From Takakia lepidozioides (lineage: Eukaryota > Plantae > Bryophyta): a stretch of DNA of 64,000 bases. A program made the translations under genes and the position numbers. Below, one piece after another: positions 37,364-49,612 of this stretch (its first letter is position 1; every line of letters starts with the position of its first letter). The notes beneath the pieces were generated by a model. It had not been told where the DNA came from and searched no databases. It saw nothing but the letters and a program-made list of their open reading frames with translations. The stretch covers positions 310,001-374,000 of the forward strand of contig CM060731.1 in the NCBI GenBank assembly GCA_030704615.1. The letters run 5' to 3'.

Positions 37364-40300
37364 ATGGCTCCAAATTCCTACGCTATAGTTTGCTGTCCTC
37401 CGCAACTTGGGAGAGCCTGGATCCCAAACGAGGGAGGACTTTGCAGAGTGACTGAAACTTACCTTTGTTCCAAATTCAAGCTCAAACCGGGCACAGTTTA
37501 TTTGGAAGAAGAAAGGAAGGATGTTCCTGGACAGGTTGACGAGACCATTGTCGTGCTAGGTAACGACGGAGGTTGCGGAATCGCCGAAGGCACGTACCCC
37601 CATCAGACCACCATCCTGTACCGAGCTGTGGGAATGCCCATTCCCTTTCCGAATCAGTCGCTGCCCACACCATCACAAGGAGTCCGGCGGAAACGACAGG
37701 CGGCCACTGCCAACAGAGAGGTATGCAATGATCATTCCCGACCTGGACCGTCAAGACCCTCCATAGCTTCTTGTGTGGACGTATTCGACATTTCCGACGA
37801 GGAAGATGATTGCATTGAGGTACCCATGTCCTCCACACGGTCGTTCAAATCCGGCATGGACGTCTCTGTAGGTGCTACGCATGTGCCCTCGAGCATAACT
37901 CCAACCCGGTCCATTGTGCAGCTCCTACGACAACATCACCTCGATGGTTCTCGCTCCGAGCTGGCTGCTCTCGACTATGCCAAATTCCCAGTCAGAAAGG
38001 TAACGTTTCTGCCTCCCGAAGTCGATGGCAATGTCATCTTCGAGTTTCCACCTGTTTCTTTGTCAAACAAAAGCCTCCGGGATGTTAACAGACATGGATC
38101 GAAAGCATGACAGACACCCCTTGTGTGTGACGAAGACCAGTAGCACAAAAATTGCCTGATGGTGTTCGTATACGATATGTCCTCTGTGCGGGGAAGGTGA
38201 GGTGCCTCAATCCCACCTGCTTCCACTTTCTCTCCAAAGGAGGGCGGAGAAACGAGACGGATTGGACTGGCACAACACATCATCCATTCATTGTCTCCAG
38301 CCAAGCTCCTGCGGGTTCTTTCAAGTGTGCACATTGCAAAGAACCCCCGACGTGCATGTCCATGTGCAGAGCCAAACAATATTACGTAATCCATTTGCTC
38401 CCGGACTTGACTAGAGCTTGCATACACGTTGGGGTCCACTGCCACCCCTTGGCGAGAGGCAACATGCGTGAGGCTGTGCAGGAAGCACACGACATCATAA
38501 AAGAGGAGGTGAAATTGAGCCCGGAGCCAGACCAAAGCAGATTCAGCTGAAGGTAGCCACAAAGATTGCTCTTGGCAAAATCATGTCTGAAGATGGTTCC
38601 GACCGAGAGCCCTTGACGAAGACGAGATGCGTGACCTTGGAGTCCGTCTCGCACGTTTGTAGTCCGAATGTGCGGAATCACATCGTATCTTGCAAGCAGG
38701 AGTTCGGCAGGGGGTCGGACATGTATTCAATCCTGGAGGTGAAACGAATGACTGGATATGACTACATCCAAGGTAGCAGGTTTCCAGGGCAAGGCAGCGA
38801 ATCCGATCGTTGTTACATTTTCAAAATGTCGACGTGTGGGCCTGGGAGTGGAGTCGACTTGGTCACTCGCATGACAACTGGAAAACTTGTCGAATGCTTG
38901 GGTGATGTTTGATCACATCAAGCGAATTACAAACCATCAGTGGGTGACTATGGGTGCGCATGTTTATGACTATCACTCCAAGAGGCTCATGACGATTGCA
39001 ATCTGCGAGATGAAAGGGGAGGACACACAGTCCGAGATGCATCTGTGGGAGGGCATAAACGAGCAGATGGCAAGGGCGGGATTGCCAGAGCCCAATTTCA
39101 GGGGATTCATGGCAGACAACGCTCAGGCCAACTGGGCAGCGGTGCGGCGTGTGTACGGTGAGGACCCCAATGTTCCAATGGAGGGGAAAGAGAGATCCTG
39201 TGGATTCCGTTGGATGCAGAGTCTATCCCACTACACTACCAAATTGTTGCTAGCTCATTCCAGGCTGAACACCGTGTCATTTGTACGGCGTGGAGGATGC
39301 ACCCACATTTGATGACGCGGAGGTTAAGTTTGCTATCATCGAGGCTTGGTGGAACACGTCAGGTGCAGTGGGAGACAACCAATCTGGGAGCATTGCACAG
39401 CTGGTTGGGGTGGTGGCATTTTCGGTATCGACAGTTCGGACAGTACATGCGGGAGGTAGGCTGCTGTCATTTTCGTTCATTTGTCTTTCTGTTACGGACA
39501 TTTCGATTGGTCCCTCACCATTGTTTGTGTCCTTCTAGGAGCGGTGCTTGGATTCCAACACGGACATGCCGAACACGAATATGGCAGAATCGGTCCACTC
39601 CTCCTGGCGAGCGTCTTCTGCCGCACGTCTGGTGGACGTAGTGACGGCCACAACGGAGGACATCGACAGAGCAATCATGCAGCAAGCCACGTACTAACAA
39701 GTTCCTGAGCGGCAAACAATGGGGCTTTGGGCGGCCGGACAGGGAGGAATTGTTGGTACGAACAGCTTCGAGGTCCAAGAATCCACTGAAATGGGCGACA
39801 GCATTGTGAGAGAAGATCAAAGGGACGCCTCTGCACCGCAGAGGTGAACACCTAGAGGGGGACGTGCCTGTGAGGCGGAGGATTGAAGAGGAACCCGGGT
39901 GCGAAGAGGATTCCTGGAGATCCGATAGGAACATTCGGACAGCACCTCGAGGTCCCGTCATGTTGCCGCACAATGTGTCTTCCAGCAGTGGAAGCCCAAG
40001 AAATTCCAGATCGCCGTCGCCTTCAACCGGGGATTTCGTGCGAGAAATTCCCACCGCTCCCTTGCCCCAGATTCCGCCCGCTGTTATGCAATATGGCCAA
40101 GCCATTGTGGAGACGACTGTAGTGGAGAATTGCTCGCACAAAGCCGTCGTTTCGAGGAACGTGTTCCGCAATTCGTGTGGATACACGGCAACGTTGTTTA
40201 GAGATGATAAGGAGGAATCCAGATGGGGCTGTCCCTGCTCCTACTTTTACAGGAAGATTTGTCCATGCAAAGTTTGCGGAGGCGACAACCACCCAGTTCT

Positions 40301-40951
40301 GGTTCTGCAGGCACGACATTATGACTTGCGTGTATGGAAAGCCCAAGTACGGCATACAAACAATGCCAGAGGCTCCCCCGGTGTGGCCGGTGGAACCAGG
40401 CTGCGATCTGAGTCAGGTTGAGGCCGACGCCCTTACCGCCGCAGGATTTCGGATGGTGCAGCGCACTGACGTCCCCAGACAACCATTTCCGCTTCCACAG
40501 CCTCCACCACCGACCCCTGTGAGAGCAAGAACAATGGGACACGACAGCTCTAAGCATCCTACACACCGTTGGGGGAAACCGAAGAGGCGGCGACCCCTCA
40601 AAAGTGAACGAGACAAGGATGGGGAATGCACTTCGGATGAACTGTACAATCCAGAGCTCGACAGAAGTGCCCCCACCAGGATTCGAGCGTGTGTATCAGA
40701 TGGCCACGGCAGGCTCAGCTGTTCGCAATGAGGTGTACACCATCACCATTTCAGAATTACCCACCTGCAATTGCACCGACTTCCAGATCATGGCGAACAA
40801 GGGGGCATCATACTGCCCTTGCAAGCATTTGTACTACGTGTACCTAAAGAGACTCCGTTGTAATTCCACAACTCATCACTTCATACATGCACCAGGGTTG
40901 AGCCCCCAGGAGGTTCACACTCTTCTGAATATGGATCCAGGGGACCAGTGA
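37364..40951 (+). pseudogene. Mutator-like transposase with GCM-like Zn domain, MULE DDE core and C-terminal SWIM finger
   Basis: GCM-like 38095-38450 (HDRHPLCVTKTS..CAGKVRC..C..CAHCKEPPTC...C..HVGVHCHP); WVMFDH (D1), GFMADNAQA (D2), CGFRW (from CxFH); intron ~39456-39538 then NTNMAESVH (E); SWIM CNCTDF...CKHLYYV. Several frameshifts. Confidence 0.85.
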
Positions 40952-41539
40952 GCTTGGCTTGCGGTCCCGATACAATGGTACGCCCATCCTTTTCGGATAG
41001 TAGAACTGTACTGCTGCCAGTACCTTAGACTCTGGCCACAGAAAGGTCCGACATATGTCTTGCCTACCAGTAACTTGTTTTGCTCGAACTAAGATATTAC
41101 TATATCATTCACTTGTTTCCACGTGCATGTATTTTTGTATGTTGGAGGGTTCATGTTTTTCTGCTTTCCGAAAACTTGCTTTCCTCATTCGACCTCCGAC
41201 AAGGAAATGCGGCGCCGCATTTCCAAGTATCGTCGTAGGTACTGGTAGAGGCGGCCTTCGCCAACACCAAACCGCTCCGAAATTTTGCACGTGCGAACCC
41301 TAATACGGCACCTTATTTCCCAGTTCAGTTGCAAACCTTTCCCGCCGAATACCCGAAGAAGACAGAATTGTGAAGTACTGCAGACTCTATTGGTGCAGAC
41401 TCCATTGGTTCAATCGCGGCAAAAGGGTCAGCTTCATTCCAATGTTAAGGCATGTAAAACCGCGGAATACTCTATACAGGCCAGTATGCGACGTCCTTTT
41501 GCAGTGGTATACTGGATTTCCCGTTGCACGGTCACTTAT

Positions 41540-41801
41540 TTCCATGAGCGGATCTAAAAAACCATGAGCGGACTTGTTACTGACGACATATCTTCGCCGC
41601 ATTACATGATCTGGAACGTCCAAAAACGGCAAGGTCAAATAAAAAACTATTATTTTAATACTTGTTTAATCTGCCGCATTTCCAAATTTGGAGGAGTCCG
41701 CTCATGAAATCCGCGTATCTTAGACTTCGGCTCACCGCTCATGCGGCTCATGCGGCTCATGGCTCATGGCTCATGGTTTCTGCTCATGAAATAGTAAACC
41801 T
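41540..41801. repeat. CATGAGC/GCTCATG motif cluster, probable element terminus
   Basis: ccatgagcgga x2, then inverted tccgctcatg and a (g)gctcatg run, ending aatagtaaacctc; sits just 3' of the transposase gene. Confidence 0.4.
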
Positions 41802-42679
41802 CGGCAGCATTCTTCCAAACAGATCTAGGTGGTGGGAAACAGCGGCAAACGGCATCGTGTCCGCCCTTGGTTCTTCTCTTGCAACGCTTCATCTCGCGCC
41901 CAGCTGACTTCCTCGTCGTCCCCTCCCTCAATTGCAGGTTGTTCTTCGGTGGATGAGAATCAAATGCTTTCCGGCGGTATTGTTAACGGCAGATTGGACA
42001 CGTGTCGGCCATGCATGTGGACTGTGCATGTGGCGGTGAGGACGTTTCCAGCGATCATCTTGGCGCGGATGGACCGCCGGTGAACCTCCCGCAGCGCCAT
42101 TTTTTTCCTTCTTCTCCTTCTCCTCACTGCAACCCTGGATTCTGCCGAGACGGTCACGCCATCCCGTGGGAGAAGAAGGCGCCTCCGGGTCGACCTCTCA
42201 TCCGCAAATTTGATTCTGGGGTACCCACTTTTGGGGTGTTTCGGAGGACTGTGCAATGGGTACAGTTGTACAACTGTTCAGTTGCCATTAAACATTGAAT
42301 GGAAATGGGCACCTCGTCTGCCCTCTCTGACACAAGAGTCAATTGGCAGCTATGTCATTGAAAATTTTGGTTGGGGGTTTGGATGTCCAGGACAGTGGTG
42401 GGGCAGATGTGGAAAAATAGTTGGCTTCTTTCTTTGGTGTGGCATTTGGGCTAACATCCTCCACTCCGCATTTGGGCACTCTTTGACCATACATTGGTTC
42501 GCATGTCCACACATTTTTTTGATGTGTCAATCCGCATTTAAAGACCTATATGCGAAAGCGACAGCTACAATTGTGTGTAAGGACATCTTACATACAGCCC
42601 AGAAACTCCACTTCAGTACAGCCTGCACTCAGAAGCAACATTGGACTTTGGACTGTGCGCTTTGAAGCAACATTAACAG

Positions 42680-43717
42680 ATGGCCTCCCAGGCCATGGGC
42701 TCCCTGGACACAGCGAGGACCATCCGGTGCCATTTTCGTACGAGGTGGATGATGATGGTTTTGCAGTGGTGCATGAACACGTGCTCGCGAAGCAGTTTTG
42801 GTTGGAAACTGGCACTCTATTCCTCGAGAGGGAAGTGTACGATGCCAATGGAAATTTGCTCAAGTACACCTTCCAGAAACCTTCGCAGACTGCACAAACC
42901 ACACAATGGAGAGTGCCTCCAAGCAGATACAGGGTGCTGAGTGCTCCTTGACGACAGTCTGCAGGATCGTTCCTTCGTTAACGTTACTAGACTCTTGGAA
43001 CGGCAACATCAATGGCCCGGGAGAAAACACCCGTGGTTGTTAAGAAGGAGTCTAGTAACGTTAACACAGTCTTGGAGCTTTCGGACTCCTCCTCCGAGGA
43101 CGCTTGTGAAATACCGCCAGTGGATCAGCCATGTCCAGTTCAGGAAGCAGATGTAGAAGAGATCACCAATGTCATTCCCAAACTGAAAGCCATGGGTGGG
43201 ATGGCAGGATTCAAGAGTGAGTTGAGGGGGATTGACTGGAGCACTTTCAATGTTCAGCGTGTGACATTCTTGCCAGAATCATTTGGTGGTAATATTGTTT
43301 TTGAGTTGCCTCCTCCGGGTCGAGTGGGGGGCATTTCCAATCTCATGGAAGGAATGGACAAAAATCACGATGGACACCCTTGGTGCCGCACAAAAACCTC
43401 CAATATTCACAACCATGACAACCTCATATTCAAGAGAACAGTCTGTAATGGGCACCTGAAATGCGAGAACACGAAGTGCAGACACTTCGCACTGTCAGGT
43501 CTGCAAAACCAAAGCGAATGGGATGGTGTCACTGAGAATCCATTCAAGCCTGGGGTGACACCACCATACAGTAACACTTTTGTGTGCAAGTTCTGTAGGC
43601 TACCACCTTGCTGCCTTGCATTGTGTGGCGCCAGGGCCCAGAATGTACTATGTGGTGCATCGATTCAAAACCCTGACTAGAGCCTGTGTCCATTTCGGTT
43701 TTCACAACCACCCTGTG
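42680..43717 (+). pseudogene. Second, diverged GCM-domain transposase paralog (5' part only)
   Basis: N-terminal GFAVVHEHVLAKQFWLETGTLFLE matches GLCRVTETYLCSKFKLKPGTVYLE; RVTFLP..GNIVFELPP; DKNHDGHPWCRTKTSNIHNHDNLIFKRTVCNGHLKC..CKFCRLPPCC..TRACVHFGFHNHP. Confidence 0.8.
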
Positions 43718-44320
43718 TACCTGTCTGCCTTTGCCTCCGACTTGCGCAGGAGATCGGCACTGAGGGAATTGACAAACTCTTGCACCCCCTGCTTCCCAAC
43801 ATCCTTCACTCGGAAGAGCATGTGGGACAAGTTGGTGGCAATGAAGGCATTCTCAGTCACCCTGCAATGCCACATTTCCAATAAACGAGATGATTGCCAA
43901 TGAAATGAGAATTTCTAATAAATGAGACAATTGGCAATGAAATGAGTGTTTGAAATAGAAAGTTCCCGTGCAAGGAGCATTTTAACTTACGAGTTGATGT
44001 CTGCCATAGCAACTTTGAGAAGACTGCAATCCTTTGGCCCCGCATTCTTGAGCACAACACACTCGACGGCGTAATGCCAATCTAGTTTGTTGGGGTGTGC
44101 TTGGGCTATGTGCTCCATCCATGCAAGGAGCCGATGGTTGCCGTCCCACACGTAGAACATTTTTCCTGACAAATGCTGGAAAAGAGGATCATTACCAATC
44201 AATTTCTCGAACTCCTCATTTCGCGTTTGCCAATGGGGGCCATATTTGGCGAGTTCCTCGGAAGTATGTACACGAGAAGCTCCGTGGTCGTTCTCAATCG
44301 AGACATAAAAGGAGGGGTCC
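43718..44320 (-). pseudogene. Internal fragment of a ParB/Srx-domain gene (two exons)
   Basis: FYVSIEN..FYVWDGNHRLLAW..VAMADINS, then GTAAGT intron ~43990-43862, then VTENAFIATNLSHMLFRV. Same motifs and same intron position as the gene at 59150-59960. Confidence 0.85.
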
Positions 44321-47300
44321 TGGTGCAATCCCCGCACCGTCGTCCTCTCCTGACCTGTACAAAAGCCTCTACCCAGGCTTGTCGCACACGACAATCAGCA
44401 ACCCGTTGCAAATCCTTGCTCGAGCCCCACAATGGAGTGTGAGCAACCATGGCAGGCAACTCCGCCATACCATACATGTCATCCTGCTCTCCCGGAGGTG
44501 ACACATCCTTTGAATGAGTGTTGCCATCCAACAACTCTCCAGGCCAAGTCACTGCAGCTGTGAATGATGCCAGTGTTGGCATCTTGCCTCATTGGGCAAC
44601 CGCAACTCCTCCTATGAACATCACGGGGAGCTGCACATGCCGGCCCTCCCCTGACTGCCATCCAAGCCTATAGGAAGCTGACTCCTCCCAAAAATCCAGG
44701 GTGAAGCCCATGGGGTACAACACTGCCCCACCAACAAGGACATCATACGAGACCGCGTCTGTCACAATGGCCTTGGTTCTCATCACTGAGCCATCTGTAG
44801 GATGATCCGGCTGTAGTCTGATAGCCAACTCACGCCGTGTCATGCCCTGAGCCTGCTCTGATCCTCCCAGAGATGTCTGTATCTGGAAAGGGCACAGCTC
44901 CATATCCGCCTACGTGAGGCCCAAGCCTGCAATAGCAGCTCTGCCCAGTATCAATGGCTGAGCTCCCGAGTCCAACAAGACTCGCAGTGGCCGGTACCTC
45001 TTGCCTGCCGGTCCACTCAAACAGAAAATGCCATCCTGGTTGTCTAACATGACAACTCCAGGTGTCACCATGGCGCGCTCAATGGCTGGCCTAGCTGGCA
45101 GCTCCATCAACCTGGTAGCTGCAACTTGCCATGGCGCCGCCGTGGTAGTCTTGACCCTCACACCCAAGGATCCCTCCGGCACTACACCTCCCACTATCTC
45201 CGCAGAAGATGCAGTAACCTCCCCACTCTCACAGAGTGTAGCTGCCAGCCTGAACACCTCAGATGGTCTTACCCCTAGCGTCGCAATCATGGTAGCCGAG
45301 AACAATGGAGCCTGGCACACAGCTGTGGCCGCCCCCAACAGCACACTAGCTGCCGTAGCCTTGGCAATAGTAGGTAGTGCTGCTGCCCATGTAGCTCTCC
45401 CCAATGGCATAGTAACCTCCGCCTCGGTAACAGTCGGGCGAGAACTAGGTGCCATGGACGGCGTCGACATTGTCTCCGCCAGTGTAAATGACTGAGGAAG
45501 CCTGGCCTGACGGCTTGCCTCCCCACATTGTGGATTTAACTTCACCTCCGCACCCTGTGGCTCAGGAACTCGTGCTGCTCCTCGAGTCACTACCGCAGCT
45601 GACTCCACTCGCACTAGTGGTAATCCTGCCCCGCACATAGTGGTGCCCCACCCACAGTGGTAGTGGTAGTGGCACCCCTCACTGGTGGTAGTGGTGCCCC
45701 ACCCATAGTGGTAGTGGTAGTGGCACCCCTCACTAGTGGTAGTGTTGCCCCGCACATGAATCCCATGCCTCCTATGTCTCCTCCCTCAGGAGGGGAGGTG
45801 GACCATCCGGCCTTGGAGCCGGTACCACCTGAGCTGTGGCCATGGTAGCGAGCCTCTGCTCTAGCTGCTGAAGCCGGTTGGCCATGCCTTGGTCACCACC
45901 CTGACCTCCGCGTCCTTGGCCATGTTGAGCTTGCCCTTGGCCTGTACCTCGTGCCTGGCCACCTCGTCCTCTCTAGGCTGATCCACCTCGCCCCCGACCA
46001 CCATTGTTCCTTTGGAACTGGCCTGGGCGCAACTCAGGGTGGAAACCATAGCACTGGGCCTCTCCATGCCCGTACTTGCCACAATGCCCACACTGCAACT
46101 GTGCAGGCTGTGCCGGTGCCAAACCATTGTCTCCCTCTGGGCAATCCTTCTTGACATGGGGTCCTCCACATGTCCAGCACACCACATCCGCCCGTTGTTG
46201 GCTTGCAAATGAAGGGAGAGACCCCTGCATCTGAGGTCCTCTTTGTCCTTCCCTGGGCTTCACCTGAGCTCCCTTGTTGCCTTGAGCACGTTGAGGTAGT
46301 GGCTGGCTAGGAGCACCACTACCCCGTGGTGCCTCCTTAGCAAATCCCACCATGACCACTCGTTCCTCCACCATGTTGAGCTCTATCCGCTTTGCCAGCA
46401 AAAACACATTTGCTAAGGTGGGTTGGGCCGCTTGTAGGAGAGTTGCATCCCGCACCCTTCTCCTCAGCTCCTTGTCCAATATCCCGTACCAGAACTGGAC
46501 TGCCTGAGCTTCTGTAACCCCTTGGGCTACATTTATCAAGCGCCTCATGCGAGTGAAAGCCTCCCTCAAGCTCTCAGTAGGCTTCCGTTGGAACTCTTGC
46601 AGGCTCCTCAACTTCTCTGTCCTCACCCCTTGGTAGTTCCTTCTCAACTCTTCAAAGAACTCCACAACAGGGTTGAAAGCAGACACCGCCACTGGTGCTG
46701 GTGTAGCAGTAGCTTGGGTGGACGTCGTAGTTGTTGTACCATTAGTCCCACTACTGCTCGTGGAAGCTGCGGTTGTAGCTGCTACTGCTGGTGCAGCTGC
46801 CGGTGTGGTTGCTGCCCTTGTGCCTCTCGTGATGGAGACATAGTCGGGTGACCAGTACATCCTCCACTCCTCGATCTCAATATCGTGCCCCCACCTAAAC
46901 TCATGGTAATCATCCATGGGCGGCCCCTCAAGGTGCTGAAACAGCCCCTTCCATGCCATGAAAGGCGTAAACAGTTGTGGATTGCGCATTTGCTGCAAGT
47001 CACACCAACTATCAAACTCTTGGATAAAATCATCCAACTCAATGGGGCCCACCGCCCCAGAGTACCTACATGGCCCCTTGGTGGCTCCATACATCTCCTC
47101 CATTGTGTCCCACAACAATGACAAGGAAACAACTTGCACCGCCGGTGTGAGTCCTCCTGATTCATAATCTGAATCAGAACCTTCTGTTGACACAAGAGGT
47201 GAAGGTGGCCTAAACCGCACACCCCGTCCCGTATACCCGCTAGTATCGCTAGTGCTCGTACCGGCACTTTCCCCAGCAACTAGTGGCACCTCCGTGTTGA

Positions 47301-48070
47301 CAAACTGATACTCAACCGGTCATGAACATGTCTCTAACCCCCTCTCCATAAGGTATCCGGGTAGAGAGCTTATGGTTTGGAATACTAGGTTCCTAACATA
47401 GCCTGCACCTGCACCTGCATCACCGCAGGCACTTCCATGGTTGGCTGGTCATCACCTCCAACCACACCACAGGAGAAACAAAGATGGTTTGACTGGTCAT
47501 CAACCCAGCCTCACCATCGACAGCATGCTCTAGGGTTGGATCGGCGATCAAGCCCGAGTCAACCACCTGTAAATTCAAGCGCCCACACAAAACTAGCATG
47601 GCGCACAATCAAGCATGCAGGTGTGGAGGGGATCCAAACACAAGAATGAAAACAACAACTCCCCCACAACAAAAATCTCTCCACAGTGTCGCTCCTGCAA
47701 CCGAGCCCAAACCTGGACTGACTCTTGCCTCCACCTACGGAAAGGTCTCGGCCTACAGAGAAGGTGGAAAGCTACGAGGAATGGAAGCTAAAGCAATGCC
47801 TATCCCCAGCATGCTCTCATCCCAACACCCTCTTTTTTCCTCTCTTCTCTCACTTGCATGACCATGAGATCATCCTGTAGATACTCCTCAAACCGCCCTC
47901 CACGAGCTCATGAAACTTGGCCTCCAAGGCCCCATGCAAGCCTCCACAGGGTCCGCAAGTGCCTCCTTACGTCCACCAGCCATTCCTCATAATGGAACCA
48001 CCTCAGGAAACCACGCCATTCGCTGAAGGTTAAAAAATGGAGCAAATAGAGGTACATATAGGCCCCAACA
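44320..48070 (-). mobile_element. Gypsy element 5' half: putative LTR 47438-48070, gag with two CCHC knuckles, protease
   Basis: TGTTGG...CCAACCA ends followed by TGGAAGTGCC (PBS-like); gag 45973-47289 with CWTCGGPHVKKDC and CGHCGKYGHGEAQC; protease LLDSGA..YDVLVG; truncated before RT. Confidence 0.8.
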
Positions 48071-48284
48071 ACATTCTGTCCAAAGGAATTACCTGCAGGC
48101 TGGTCTCCCCCATAGTTAAGAATTGGGCTGAAAACCAGAAAAGATTACCTGCAGGGGGAATAATCCCCTTTGTTAAAACGCAACAGGGAGACAATTCCGA
48201 CTTTTCTGCCGGATCAGCTAGCTCAAAACCGTTGTTCCACTGAGCCCAGCCTCCCCATCAAGGTCCCACGAAACGAGTGAAAAA

Positions 48285-48286
<2 letters not shown>

Positions 48287-48316
<30 letters not shown>
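48287..48316. repeat. (AT)15 microsatellite
   Basis: Direct reading. Confidence 0.95.
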
Positions 48317-48319
<3 letters not shown>

Positions 48320-49612
48320 CACTCTGCCTGTTCGCGGCCTTCCGTGGCTCCAACCGCCACGACTCCTCACGGCCCGCCCTAGGCGCTCGTTGGCCACGGG
48401 CTGCCTCGTGATACCCCGTGGTACCACTCCCACAAGCCTTCATGGCCCGCCATCCCCACGATCTGGTCACCGTGCCCACCCGTTGTGTCCGCACCACGAC
48501 TTCCAACGGTCACGGTCAACAGTCACGGCCTGGGCTCGTGGTATCTCGTGATACCGCCCCAAAGGCCCATCACGGCCACTATTCCTTGTGTTCCCTGGAA
48601 CTCCCAACGAGTTCCCATACGTTCCCGGGCGTTCCCGAGCTGGGGTTTGCTCCTGCTGCCGACGAGCTATGGTTTCTGCGGAGCCATCAGCCCCGTCGCC
48701 CTGCACTCCTGAGCTCTCACGGCCCACTAGAAGCGCCCCCAACACAACAAGCAAGCTATATGCTACCCAACAAGCTCCATTTCTTCATGAAGCTCACAAA
48801 AACAAATCTGAAAATACACACCTTTACAAACTTGGTGCACCTGTAGTTCTACTGCACATTCCCTAGCTCTAAGACGCCTTGTTGCTGCCCTCCAGCCCCC
48901 CGCTCTTGCCACTCCAAGAGCCCTTACACTGCTGAGTTTCAGATTGAAACTCCAACTCAGCACATGTTTCACAAGTGCACTGATTTGCACACAAGAGGGA
49001 CCTGCCCCCTCTCTTCACTCATACCTCTTCATGAGCTTGGAGCTGAAGCTCCCAACGGGCTGCGATGCATCTCCTCGCAGCTCCACCATTCGGCTGCTCC
49101 TCATCTACCCGCAACAACTGATTTTGGGCAGAAATACTTGGAGCTGATCATGTCATCTCCAACCAGCAACGTGGTTGCCATAGCGTTGAGCTATGCAACG
49201 CCGCTCTTCAACATAGGCTACCCGCCTCTCTATCCATGACAAACCTGCTACCTGTTCGCCTTTGCACTCTATCCGCTTTGGATAGGCTCATGCACGGATC
49301 CCTGCACTCTAGGCTGAACCGCTTTTCATGATCTGAAAACACAAGTGCTACAACTAACTCGAACCTGGCACTCACAGACTCGAGCTCATCTTTCTTGAGT
49401 GATAATGAAAAGGAATAATACAAGCATACAAGCTCTCTCAAACTCACACACTTGCACATGAAAACATCACTCTATATTTAGTCGAGCCAAGTGCACCCCA
49501 CGCCATGGGGAATCCACACTACGGCGCCATAGCTAGACGCGGTGAGGCTCAACTCGAGAAAGATGAGCCCACCGCGATCTGCCGTGAAGATAACAAGGCC
49601 AGGTGCCCAAAC

